From assembly GCA_040954595.2 (NCBI GenBank), contig CM082597.2:310001-374000 (forward strand): DNA of 64,000 bases, read 5' to 3'. Within the stretch, counting starts at the first letter, position 1; every line of letters starts with the position of its first letter. Both the position numbers and the translations under genes were made by a program. This DNA comes from Balanoglossus misakiensis (Eukaryota > Animalia > Hemichordata). Under the pieces are notes generated by a model. That model had not been told where the DNA came from, ran no database searches, and saw nothing but the letters and a program-made list of their open reading frames with translations. Below, in pieces: positions 52,101 through 64,000 of this stretch.

Positions 52101-55100
52101 TTAACCAGGAACTATGCTATTATTAATTTAATTTAGAAATCTAACAGATCCAGGCTTGTCGTAGCCTACACGTTAGTGAAGTCGGCCATCTTGAATGACA
52201 GCCATTTTGTCTCTAGGGAAAATGATGAAATTCATTGTAGGAGAATATAATGAAGACTTGGCGCCATACTTTTTATTGGACTTCAGTCAACCTTTACAAA
52301 GCGAGTTCCTGTTCCCCTGCGAGTTGGTCTTGTTTTCTCTTTCACAACTCAAATCGGTGTTCATTTTGATCTCTAATTGTTGCGGTGTTGCATTACAAAG
52401 TTACTTTCTTCAGAATCGAACGCTGGAAATCAATGAACTGCATCATGTTTGTTCTATGACTGCACCTGAACCACAAGGTCTGCTACATCTTTGATTATGT
52501 CGCCATCTTTGAGTGGGGTAATGCTTCGATTATATCAGGTGTCGACCAAGGTCACTCCAAATCTCTGTGTCTCAGTCATCAAGTCAGCAATTACCAACTC
52601 TACGTTTGCCCGCAATCTTTCATTTTGGTTCAAACCTATACAAACTCAATTTCCTAGCCCAGAAGTCAAAAATTATCAGTTACATATCTGCTGCCAATTA
52701 CAAATTATTAACTTTTCTGTGCATTACTTTTCATAATTGAGTATCTATAAACTTTCATCACACCATTCACATTTTGATTCTGAAAACCAGTTATCAATTG
52801 CGTTGATATACAGACGTGTCACAACATGCTACAAATCACTAGACTCAGTAATCAACTTTGACTTTCCACAGATTCCAAATAAATATTTCTGTGAAATGTA
52901 TCATGCCTGCTTTAGAAGGCCACACAGGAAGTTTGACGGCGCTCATATCTAACGCAGTCAGCAAGCATACATCATGTTAGCAACTATGCCACAGGCATCT
53001 TTTCTGTAATACAGTATCATGTGGGAAGCATTGCGATCAGATCTCGATTTCTATGGTTTAAGATTCCAATTTCAATAATTCTCTTCTGAATTGCTCCCTT
53101 TTACCCATAACATTTATGAGATTATTTAATTTTTTGATGGATGAACAAATAAATGAATGGACAAACGAATGAATGAATGAATGAAGTTTTACATGATTGT
53201 ACTGGCGTTCCCACTCAGGTCAATGATCTCGAACTATTTAAACTGTAGATCCACTCACAAACTGTTCTCAACCCAATGCATTGTTGGGAAATTCTCTTTG
53301 TTGTTTTTGATGACCTTGCTAACTCCAGAGGGCCTAATTCTTTACAAAACTGTCTTGATATTATCAGCAATTAGACTTCTAGTTTTGTGCCTTGTTTTCC
53401 TCAGTGTCAGTTTTGAGGATAGCACAGGGTATTTAAGGATGTAATCCAGCCTTTTGTTGTGTTAACATGGGGTACTTAAAATAACCTATGTGTAATTTTA
53501 GACATAGTGGTTTTACATTTGAATTTGCGTTGCTGGTTTTCGCAGAAATTTTTGTGTGTCTGCGTTTGAAGGAGCTTTGTTTGAGAAGACCATTAAATCA
53601 CCCAGGAGAGTTGGAGCTGATAGACATGGTTTAATGAATTTACAATTAAATGCGAAGAAACTCATAAATCACCAGAAGTTTGTTGTTGCGGCAACAATTC
53701 AGGGTGTGATGTAAAGTCAATCACCAAAACAGTGGGAAAATGCAAAATACAATGAAAACATTGCATTACCCACTTTGAAACTTCATTACCACAATTCAGT
53801 GATACTTACTTGCAACTTCTAAAGTAGCATTGTTACTATAGGTTGTTCCTAAATAATTTGTAGCTACACACTGGTACACTCCGGCATCGGGCTTATTGTT
53901 TCTTCCGTGGATAATCTTCAGGAAAAATAAGGATCCACTGGGAAGAAGAGTTCGGTGACTACTTGGATCTTCTGGATTTGTTTCTACTGGTTCTCCATCT
54001 TTCAACCACTGTTGATAAAAATAATTTTTCTCATGAGAAGGAAGTATGAACTATTCATATTTCTGTTAACTGATTTCTAAACATTCTCTTAAAATTCTAT
54101 CTGTCACTGTTAAATTACACACAGGTCAAGGGTGACTGTGATTTTCAATACAAGTCGTTTTTCATGAACACAGAGGGCTCAGTTTTCATTACTCAGGTCT
54201 TGTATTATTATTCTAAGGGATAAAATTACAAAGCAACCATCCTATAGCACAAATTAATTACCATAAAACTTTTTAAAAGGGAGATTTTTATTAAACATAC
54301 TGACTCATAATGACTGTATTCTGACAAGTAAAATATATCAATGTATTCACGGAACAAACTGTTTATAAATTTAGTAATTTTCACATGCCAAGTTACTATT
54401 AACTTTGAGATCTCTCGTTTGTCAACTCATTTTTCTAGAGATGGTGTCTTTCATATGTCATAAAGCCATACAATGTTACCATGACATTTCTCATAATTAT
54501 TTGTTCAGCTCTAAGCATGTGATAATTCAGTTTTTGTATTTACCAATGCAGTTATCAAATGGTATACTAAATCAGGTCAATTTCTACTTTGGTATTTGAA
54601 ATTTTTATAGATCCGATCTATTTTCATCATCTAGGGTACAAATTGAACCACAAATGCAACTGAGATACAAAGAACTAAGTTCTATTGAAGACTTCGTGGC
54701 TTTGTCAATTGCAAGCGATACTTAATTGACATTGATGTTTGCTCAAAGATATTAATAGCAACCGTACAGACGGTATCAAGTTTCTGATGGTGCAAACCAA
54801 ACTAAAATTGACGAGCATTTATAGAAACACACAGTGACACAAACGCTATCTTGATGGGCCAGCACTATTAATTTTTCCTTCTCTGCTAGGATAGTCAACT
54901 TTATTTAAAAACTGCGATTCTGGTCGGTAAGAAGGACAAAGCTCAAAAACAGGCATTCCAATAAACGTTACAAGTGGCTTGACAACAAATTCGCTTTGAA
55001 TTTCAGACATGTGTAGAGGAAGCGAACTGGTCAAGCTTGAAAATCGGTCTTGTCAAGTGAACACTTGGCAGAGACACTTTGTCTGTTGCAGCGAGTCACC

Positions 55101-58100
55101 AAGTCTAAATCACAACATTCTTTCCAAGATGCATGCAAATATATATTATTCCTGTTCTGTCAATTCTTGTCCCTGACTCAGTTACTATAACGCAGTCTGG
55201 AGATTTTTATTCTAGTTTTCATTCCATCATAGACACGGTACCACTGCAGTTTCTATTCGAAAGGTGTCTGAGAAATCTATGTACACAAATTTGACTTGAG
55301 AAATCAAACAACTTCAATTTAACAACACGAATCAAACCCATTTGATTTCTTGTGTGAAATCAGACATGTTTTGTCTTCTCGAACTCTACATCTCTCCTTT
55401 GTGAACTACTTTGTCGCGGCATAGATACTATCATGTTTAGTGAAACCACGATCTGATAACCACTTTGTATACAACACTGCCTTTTCTCGCTTCTTGTTGA
55501 CAAAATATTCACAAATATGTAATCAAAGACACGCTGCAAGTTTCTCTGCGATGGAAAAAGCCAATCAGCTGTATCGACAGAGAATGCTGGGTAACAGGTA
55601 ATTCTATCTCTATGGCAACACTACTGCCATGATCTGTAATGGATGACCAATCACCTGCAGGGGTCCACACTATGGCGAAGTTCACAAGTAGCCGGCAATT
55701 TCAGCTCAGAAGTAGTCGGCAAAATTTCAGAAGTAGGCGGTATAGAACTAAGGAGGTTTGCAATGGCAGATGGTGTTCCTGTGGGGGAAAGTAGGCAATT
55801 GGGAAACGCAAAGATGCCGGTTGTTTTGCCTGGCTTCCGGCTTCTGGATCTTATCTTCATCCTGGAAGCTTTCTATGCCATTGTCACGATTGTAACCATC
55901 AATACTGAATCCTCATTTTATCACTGTGCCTTCTCTCTTCATCTATAAAACCGGTTTGAATAAAGCTCCAAACAAATCACTGATTTTTACATGTTTCAGT
56001 AAACAGAATAACTCCACAATACAACACTTTTTGTTCGTGTTTGTTATATATCGAAGATTACCTGTATAGTTGGTCTTGGCTGGCCTTCGGCCTTACAGTT
56101 CAACGTCGCTGGATCTGCCTTGGGTACCACAATATTTGTTGGATGTTCCGTGATACGAGGGGGGAAATCATCCACATGTCTTCGAGCCTCGGTAACTGCC
56201 AAGAAAACAAGAATGACGAAGTAATGTGAGAACTACGGCAACTATTGATAATCTGTCAACACAACTCTAAGGTTCAAATCACCGATGCAGTGAACTCTGC
56301 AAGCCGAGAAGTCTGCAGAGAGAACTTTTGAATTTGTAAAACCACTTACGGAGGACATACCACCCTAAGCACACATGCAACACACACCACTGGGTGAAAC
56401 AACTGTGAAATTACTTCAACGCAGATAAATATCACTATCGCAAGAGACACAGCATTTAACACGAAATCAACCCTCTTCCCATTATACTTTGGTCAAATCC
56501 TATTGTTTTAAATAGATGGATTGGACTAGTTTATTACAAAAGGGGATGAAAGAGTTACACTGTTATATCAAGAGCAGGGCTTTTCAGTCTTTCCCAGCTG
56601 AATTTGACACCCAGTCTACTTTATTTGAAAAGCACGGAATCTCTCTCACTACTAACAATCGGTCCGTCATCTTTATACCTTATCGTTGGGAATGATGAGA
56701 GTTTACGGAAATGTCAATCTGTTTGGTAGCATTATGGAAAACATGCATGCTTGTAAACTCACGAAGGATTTGATAAACTGACTTCATCTAAAATTAGGAC
56801 ACTTGACTGAAAGAAGGCCACACATAAAATCCAATGAGGTTTGCCCTAAATCAATTTACTGGACTCAACAATGACCTTTTACATGGATGTAGGTCAATTT
56901 TCCTGAAAATTAGTTTCCTCCTCCTGCCTTCCGGTAAAATGATAGAACTTGTAATACCCTGCAGAATGCGGCAATTGATTGAAGTTAGCAACCAGTACCG
57001 GCGTACTGTTTCAGTTTGACAAAACCAATGCTCTACAACCTACAAACCAAATCCACTCATCAACTTCTGTGAACCTTTAAGACGGTATGCAATTCATGGC
57101 CGGGGTGAACCTCGGGGCGATCAATTAAAAGACAGGGTGTCTAGCAAACATGGGGTCTCTAAACATTTCTACATGTCCATGACTGTACATGGTATCACTG
57201 ATCTAGTAAGATTCTCTCAACCGTTCTATGTAACTTTACCTTTGAAGTGTTCAAATTGTTCCGACTACCTCCTGCTAAGGTATACACAGTCTTGGCTATG
57301 CAGCCAGTGCCTTGTTATGAAAACCAGGCTCCATGCTGGGGCCGGCTATTTCAATTATTTCACCATACAACATTACACTGATGTTGTGGTTTAAAATCAT
57401 AGTTCATTGTCAAACAAAGATTCAGTTTAACATCTGAGATGAGCTGTCAGGAAAGGGGAATGAATGAATGAATGAATGAATGAATGAATGAGTGAGAGGG
57501 TGGCTAGATGGATGAATGAATGAATGAATGAATGAATGAATGAATGAATGAATGAATGAACGAACGATTTGTGTTTGGGTTGTTTGTGGTTTTCCATACA
57601 CAAAAGATTCCAGATATACGACAGATTGGTATCATGTTTGATGGCACCAAACAGACCCATGTGCTTCTGTATTCCGTCATGCATGACAAAATCAAAGATT
57701 TCCACTTAAACTACGAGCAAGTATTTCAAACAAGTACGTTTTCTTTTCAACTTCAATGACTTCAAAGAAACACTAGGGGAGGAGGCATGTGGTTACACTG
57801 TTGGTATTTTAGAACTTCTCTGTGGAGACTACTTAGGATGTGATGATCTCCGGCGAAAAAGCGAAACATGCCAAGTATGACTCAAGTGCGCTGTTTGAAA
57901 TGGGAAGAGCGCTGATCGGGTACAATGCAAACATAATGTCAGTGAGCCCTCTATCCTAACACAGCATGCTTCTTGTATATTAACCATATTCTCTGTGTAT
58001 GCATGGACAACCGTGCCAGGACAAACATTATGAAATTTATATATTTAACCGCTAAAACCAATTTCTGGAAGCTCTCAAAGGGTATATATGTAGATGGGTT

Positions 58101-60942
58101 GGTGGGTGGAAGTACAGTTTCACCAATTAATGACTCTAAACTCACAAATTTGACATCATGGTAATGAAAAATCTGAAGGGTAGAACAGTATCTTCCTGGG
58201 AACAGTTGGACAACCCCATCAAATAAACACCCACCTCCAATTTGAAAATAAACCTGAGCAAATCTGTCATAATCTGATTGAATAGACAATCACATTCACA
58301 CCAAATTTCGACCTGATTATTCAGGTTTGTGAGTAATCACCATGAAGATTATCTCCATGGCGATTATCTCCAAATTCCTTTGTAAACATTCTCCCCATTC
58401 TACAATCTCTCAAATCAATCCACTTTCAATTAGGCTGTACAAACTTCATCTCAGTTGACCCAAGTCTTTGGCTTGATTTTTTTTCCTTTGTTAATTGAAG
58501 GTCAAGTGTGGTCATCTAATTCCTACAAAAACTGTCTATCCTTCACAGAAAAGCCAAGATAAGCATGGCGACAGGAGCCAAATTTGACAGCCGAACCCAA
58601 ACTGTGTTATCCTTTCTCTTAATCAAACAATTGTTTAGTCTTCACAGAAACACAAAAGTCCCTAAAGAAAACTTGAAATGTCATCCAGTCTTTGATCTGT
58701 CCTTCATTCTACCGTTCCGTGCCGATAGTTATTGGCCAGACTTTAAAAAAGACAAGTCATTCCAGTTGTAACATCAGAACAAGTGAATCACCTCACCGTC
58801 CGAGCGGATGAGATCGGCCGCCACAGAAAAAAGAAAACGCTGGAAAATGACGACATGCAGAAACTTGTGATAATAAACATGAGGTCAAAGAACGTCTTAT
58901 TTTGCGGCTTCTAACCAGACCAAAGTAAATCAACTAAGAATAGAAGGATTAACCCTATAGAGCACTATTGGTAAGCTACTTGGACAAACCAACAAAAGAC
59001 CTAACACCTGATAAGACAATTAGCAAATATTAACACTCTCTAATCTTTGCACACAGGAAGAACAAACCACTAGAGCTGAAAAGCTCATTTTATTCTCATG
59101 TTTGTGGATTTTGAGGTTTTTTTGCGAAGGGTGGATTGTTGTCAGTGTTGTGGTGTTCTCATTGAATTCATTTCATGAAAATAATCATATCTGAGTCAAG
59201 ATATTAAGTTTAATAAGAGTATATCTTCTGTAAATAAATTATGCGATCATTTCAAAAGTTCTACTTTAGACTTGTTGAAGTGTTTGACCATATCAGGACA
59301 AATTGACAATATGGCGCAGGTTAATCCCCTCTTCAAAAAGATATGATTAGTACAACACTGCAACACCTAGGAATATTTATTTTGTGACCAGTAAATGTAC
59401 TTGCCTAGTCACAGAAATTTCTCCGAGAATAGCTGTGCAACTGATCAACAGATGTTTGACAGCACACCAACGAGAAACCCCAATCTGTTTTAACGAGTTT
59501 TAAGTCAAAATGAAAACACGTTCCGAAAGAATTAAGGACAACAAGGAACGAAGGTCAATGTGAATAACAACGACGTGCTCTGAAAATACCATTCATTTGA
59601 ACTTGACTCCTGACAACATTAGAATTTGCGGGTAGTGTTTCCAGGTGCAAATGGCACTGTGGCCTCAGATACCAACACAGCGATTGAACGCTCGAAATGA
59701 GGGTAAATTGTTCATTTCAATACGGGAGTAGGCAGTCAAAATTATAAATAGTTTTTGAAAAGCATCTAACATACAAACCAAATATGGTCAAATTCATTAA
59801 AAAAAATTCTGGCATGATATTATATTCATCTTTATAAAATAACTGTGCCTCTTTGAAATTCTGGTCTTCTTATGACAGGAAGGAGTCTGGCTCGTCAAGT
59901 TCGGTTTTCAAGTTTTTCTGATGAACTACTACGAAAAGTATGTCTTTGTTGGCGATGTTTATGAGGCCCACTGGTGAAGGCAATAAATCAATTTGTGTTT
60001 CCATCGGGAATCCTTACTATTCCAGCAACCAAGTCATTCCAAAAACAAGGCAAGATACACACTTCATCAACTCAAGTATTCCCACATAAACTGACAGATA
60101 TATCCAACAGCTGTTTCATTGAGACTAGGAGAACCTCGAGAAGTAGTTTGCAAGAGCCCTCTATGATTGTACGTAGTCACTCGATATTTGTATGCTACAC
60201 ATATTAATAGAAACAAGCATACGACACATAACTCATCCAAACGGCACAAATGTTGGTCATTGAGTAGAAGAAATAAAGCCTACAAAAGCAAGTTATTCAT
60301 AGCACCAACACTACTGCAGTACAGAAATAGATTTCCCTTACAGCTTTGTCCAAAATAACGGAAAACAGAGAGACTCAAAACATCATTTTCTCTCACACAC
60401 TTTGTTAGTTTTGGGGTTGATTTTTCAACATCAACGTAAGTTTTGTGAGGCTAGAATAACTGAGGATTTCTTGGACAGTTTTATTTAAGTCACCTGATAC
60501 AAACTTCTCTCTGAAATTGACACATTTTGCAATTTGGTACATTTCAACTGCACACTTGGCCATAAACTGTTTGAATTGTTATAAATAGAGTGAAATTGTT
60601 TGTATACAATGAGACTTACTGTAAGATTGACAACGCTTTGCTGTCAACGCTCCACAACATAATGAAAATCTCCCTGGGAGAGTCAGTTTAATGTTCCCAT
60701 GGACCACACAGTCATGACTTTGGAACCCTTACCCATACACACAATGTATTCGCTCTCACGGTGAATAAAGTTGAACTTTTCACTAAAACAACATAAACAC
60801 TATCAGAGTTTAGACTTAAACCTTAGAAATCATTGTGTTGTAACTTCTTAGACTCTAGGAAAAAAGAACACCAACAAAACTTACCCAGAAAACTTGCCAC
60901 AAAGATTACAGTCAGAGCAATGATAGTTCTAAAGTGAAACAT
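41762..60942 (-). CDS. robo: Roundabout (Robo) Slit receptor: signal peptide, 5 Ig, 3 FN3, TM, cytoplasmic CC0/CC1/CC2; 27 coding exons, ~1658 aa
   Basis: Minus-strand exons: 60942-60885, 56195-56062 ([11 protein letters not shown]...[10 protein letters not shown]), 54008-53810 ([19 protein letters not shown]...[14 protein letters not shown]), 51157-50970, 50821-50731, 50616-50478, 50302-50175, 49983-49859, 49734-49575, 49406-49247, 49032-48905, 48743-48549, 48288-48139, 48043-47925, 47774-47373, 47171-46997, 46846-46664 (TM), 46530-46485, 46252-46185, 45297-45168, 44993-44692 (CC0 EYAEV, CC1 QPYASTTLV), 44435-44388, 44067-43282 (CC2 [15 protein letters not shown]), 43041-42853 ([24 protein letters not shown]), 42696-42502, 42383-41991 ([10 protein letters not shown]), 41847-41762 (TAG). 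Motifs match vertebrate ROBO1/2 hallmarks. Total 4977 nt, open. Confidence 0.96.
49102..49188. repeat. (CAT)n microsatellite in a robo intron
   Basis: Directly visible. Confidence 0.95.
55658..55864. mobile_element. Possible degenerate hAT-type MITE in robo intron 2
   Basis: GC-rich ~200-bp island that starts CAGG, ends CCTG and carries repeated internal AAGTAG-N-CGG(C) motifs. No clear TSD. Confidence 0.3.
57458..57564. repeat. (GAAT)n microsatellite in robo intron 1
   Basis: Directly visible; two runs. Confidence 0.92.
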
Positions 60943-63900
60943 TGTAACACAGATTAACTCAGAAGTAGGAATTCTCCCAAAAAAGTATATCCAAGCATAT
61001 ATTCCATGGATTTTAGACACACACTTTTCCTTCTTCTGGAAACGTTATCCTTGGGAATGCCATTGATAAAAATCTCGCCTTCAACATTGAAATATTTCCA
61101 CTGAAATCCTGGGCCAAACACATCCACACACCAGCGTCGTCTGTCTACCGTCTGGAACTAGCAGATGAACAAAGCTAACCTAGGGAGTTCGATTACATAA
61201 ACTGCTTAACTCAATCAACAAACATGGTTCACTCAACCAACTCAACTCACTTCCCACACACACACACACAACATCCTGGCTTTACAGAAGTTGTAAAGAA
61301 TATTCCAAATGTTTAATAGTTAATTAAACAACTTTCACATAGTACAGAACTGGCAAACTCGGAACAGATTCGTCAAAAAGTAACCTTGTAGCAATTTAAG
61401 ATCAAGACGTCTTTGGTCCGAAAGGCTTTTGGGGGTAACTTTCATTCTGCCAGCATGAATTCAACTATCAACTTCCAGCAAAGAGAAGCCATGCTGATCT
61501 CCTTCTTATTCCTGACGAACCAACCAATCACAGGATGTCAGTTTTTCCTAATTACTGACGGATATTAATATCAACCCTTGTACAAACAACATCCTACTGT
61601 CCTGGCCGCTATAAAGCATCAATGTTTCATCATTATTTGAGATAGTCATATGGTGTTCGTTACTTTAAACCTATATTTTCCTCGCACACACAAATCTGTC
61701 TCTCTTACACTGAAACGCCATATGGCATAAACTGAGAGCACATCATTAATTACAGCAAATATCAAGAACCTTTCTGAAGTGATGTTTGAACAAATTTTGG
61801 AGATTATTTAACTTTTATGATGACCACTTGAGAAAGGCAAAGAATTACTCAATTTCAAAGCTGATAATTTTTCATGTGAAATAAAAATAAGACATATTAT
61901 GACTTCCCTGGCATGATAAACGTCTTTGCTTCAATCCATATACTTACAAAGATTGCACAACCTTTTGAATATTACATGATAATCTGCAATATTGGAGCTT
62001 GTATTGCAAAATTTTCTGTTTGATGGGTAACCATGGTATGTCTGTCATTTTGATGAAATCCCTACCATCTGGTCCATGTTTCATATTTCACAGTGTTAGT
62101 AAACCGGTCAGGTTTGATCAATTTGTGTTTGTCTAGACTTCATCAACAACACACTTTAAACACATCCTTTGTCAAGTTGTGATTCATGTCGTGCTTCAGC
62201 TTATCTTCATGGATTTTTAAAGCTGAACAATTGATGAATATGACCAGAAATATTGAATGATGTGTTGTAACATTGGGATGCAAGTGACATTGGGACTAAA
62301 ATTGAGTGACCACAGAGTGACCAGGACAAATGGGACCACAGGAACACCTGTTAACTCATCTCCATAACAACAAGGTCAATTCACACCACAGAAATTTTGT
62401 GAAAATAAGTTCCCATAGCAACAAAAGTGTGGACACACAGACCATAACCGGCCATGTGTGTAGCATTGCAGAGTAAACCAGCAGCAACCAACAGGTGTCA
62501 ATGGCAAATAGTTTAACATGACCTTTGACATCTCCAACACTTGTTACCTTAGTAACAGTGGTATACTACACAAAGCTGAGTTGCGAGATTGATAAGACAA
62601 GGTTGAGATGAAGCTAAGCTATTCACTATTGTGTTATATTTTATGATATGTTAAAAAGTTTACGATTTTTGCTGAGAGTACTATAACTTCCGACAAGGTT
62701 AATTGTCAAGTTCGGATGAGATGAACGAAATCTGGATTTACACTCAACAATGTTGATTGCAGCTTCACATTCCAAATTCAAAGTGCATATACATCGTTTT
62801 TACATCCACTCAGTGTCAGTAGATATGGTGTTATGTATGGATACATGTTGTGTAATGATGAACAGATCGCAGACATAATTACACTGTGACAAATTCAATT
62901 GCATCTCAGATTGCAAGACTAATCAATATGCAATAAGTAAGACAATGCAGTGATCAGTGATTCAAACAAAGTTATACTCTGTATAAACTAGTCTTCATCG
63001 GCAAAAGTGTCAAAGTTAATCCTGAAAAACATCGGCCAATCTCTATTAGAACTATTTCCTTTCTGACTCATGAGAAGTGGATAAAAGTTTGAAAAGAACA
63101 CTTGATGAATGAGATTGTATATTGTGATGTAAAAATCTTTATGTTCTGATCAAGACAAACAAAGTATCTGGGATGTGATTAACTACTTCTTTCTTCACTG
63201 AGCTGATTTTCAACACCAAGGAAGTTAATATTCTTAAACAAACTCTCAAGATGGATTACTAGTTGTCATAGAAACAATCACCTCTATTGTGACAGCTTTG
63301 GAGGAACAGAGAATTGGTTGAAAAGGTTTAGTGATGTAATGATAGGATTGGCTAGATCCCTTTTTGATTATTTTAGGAAATGAGAAAGACAGGTTTACAT
63401 GCCACTGGTTCTGTTCATCAATAGTGTTCAAATCAAGATGTTTACATAGACTCTCAATAAACCAATTACATGTGGAGGACCAATACACAACTGAAGTTGT
63501 ATGGCTTCGTCTGTAGACTCTAAATGAATACAGTTGCAGTCTTGTTGTAAGATGGCGAGTAATCACAATTCACAGAGCTGGAGCAGGAAGATTAAACTTG
63601 ACACATACAGCTTGTTATTTGGAGAGAAAATGTCTGACTTTCCGTATATCTGAAGAACCTCGGACACCTCTGTAAACCAAACAATTTCACCAGTCCCATT
63701 GGTGTCCGGTTTTACTATACATTTGTCCCCAAGACAGAGGAAGAGCTTTGAAGTAGCAACCAATGATAGTTTTGTTAAACACTGTGATTGAATTCTAGTC
63801 AAGTCAGTCACAGTCCAGGCCACCTCAGCTGTGCCTAATAAATCAACCTGTCCTGTCTATACTTTGTAACTTAATCAGCTATGAAATAGGACTGCCATGT

Positions 63901-64000
63901 GGGGAATTGACACAGACACTGAAATTGAGGGTATCCATCACAATGGTACAAGTGACAAGGTCATATGCAGTCAACAAATTCAAGTTCAACTCATTACATT

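Noticed and set aside
55643-55948. 101-aa ORF in robo intron 2 as a nested gene
   Set aside because: No recognisable domain or splice context; it overlaps a repeat-like GC-rich island.
61100-64000. Short ORFs upstream of robo (63246-63566, 63563-63823) as an alternative first exon or another gene
   Set aside because: No signal peptide, domain or consistent splice pattern. A further upstream robo exon outside the window cannot be excluded.

Overview
Eukaryotic, AT-rich, intron-dense genomic DNA. The vertebrate-like Robo sequence suggests an invertebrate deuterostome such as a hemichordate or echinoderm (inference). Four complete multi-exon genes can be spliced by hand with consistent phases. 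Three tandem + strand genes encode adhesion GPCRs. Gene A (2445-15709, ~1029 aa) is SP-3xIg-cbEGF-Cys-rich module-GAIN/GPS-7TM. Gene B (18136-25851, ~786 aa) is its paralog, SP-Ig-Cys-rich module-GAIN/GPS-7TM. Gene C (27468-37861, ~1068 aa) is SP-CUB-EGF-mucin-EGF-HRM-GAIN-divergent 7TM with a C-terminal PDZ ligand. A convergent - strand Roundabout gene follows (60942-41762, ~1658 aa, 5 Ig + 3 FN3 + TM + CC0/CC1/CC2). Main points of interest: the A/B Ig domains resemble the nephrin/Kirre (IRM) Ig1 recognition domain; A and B share an unnamed 8-Cys module encoded by micro-exons; C has a non-cleavable GPS (HL|G), a furin site in GAIN and lost 7TM activation motifs; A and B share a probable gene-conversion tract; there are two GC-AG introns and an 8x62-bp minisatellite abutting a splice acceptor; Robo has no recognisable CC3. 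All gene models are manual predictions without transcript data.
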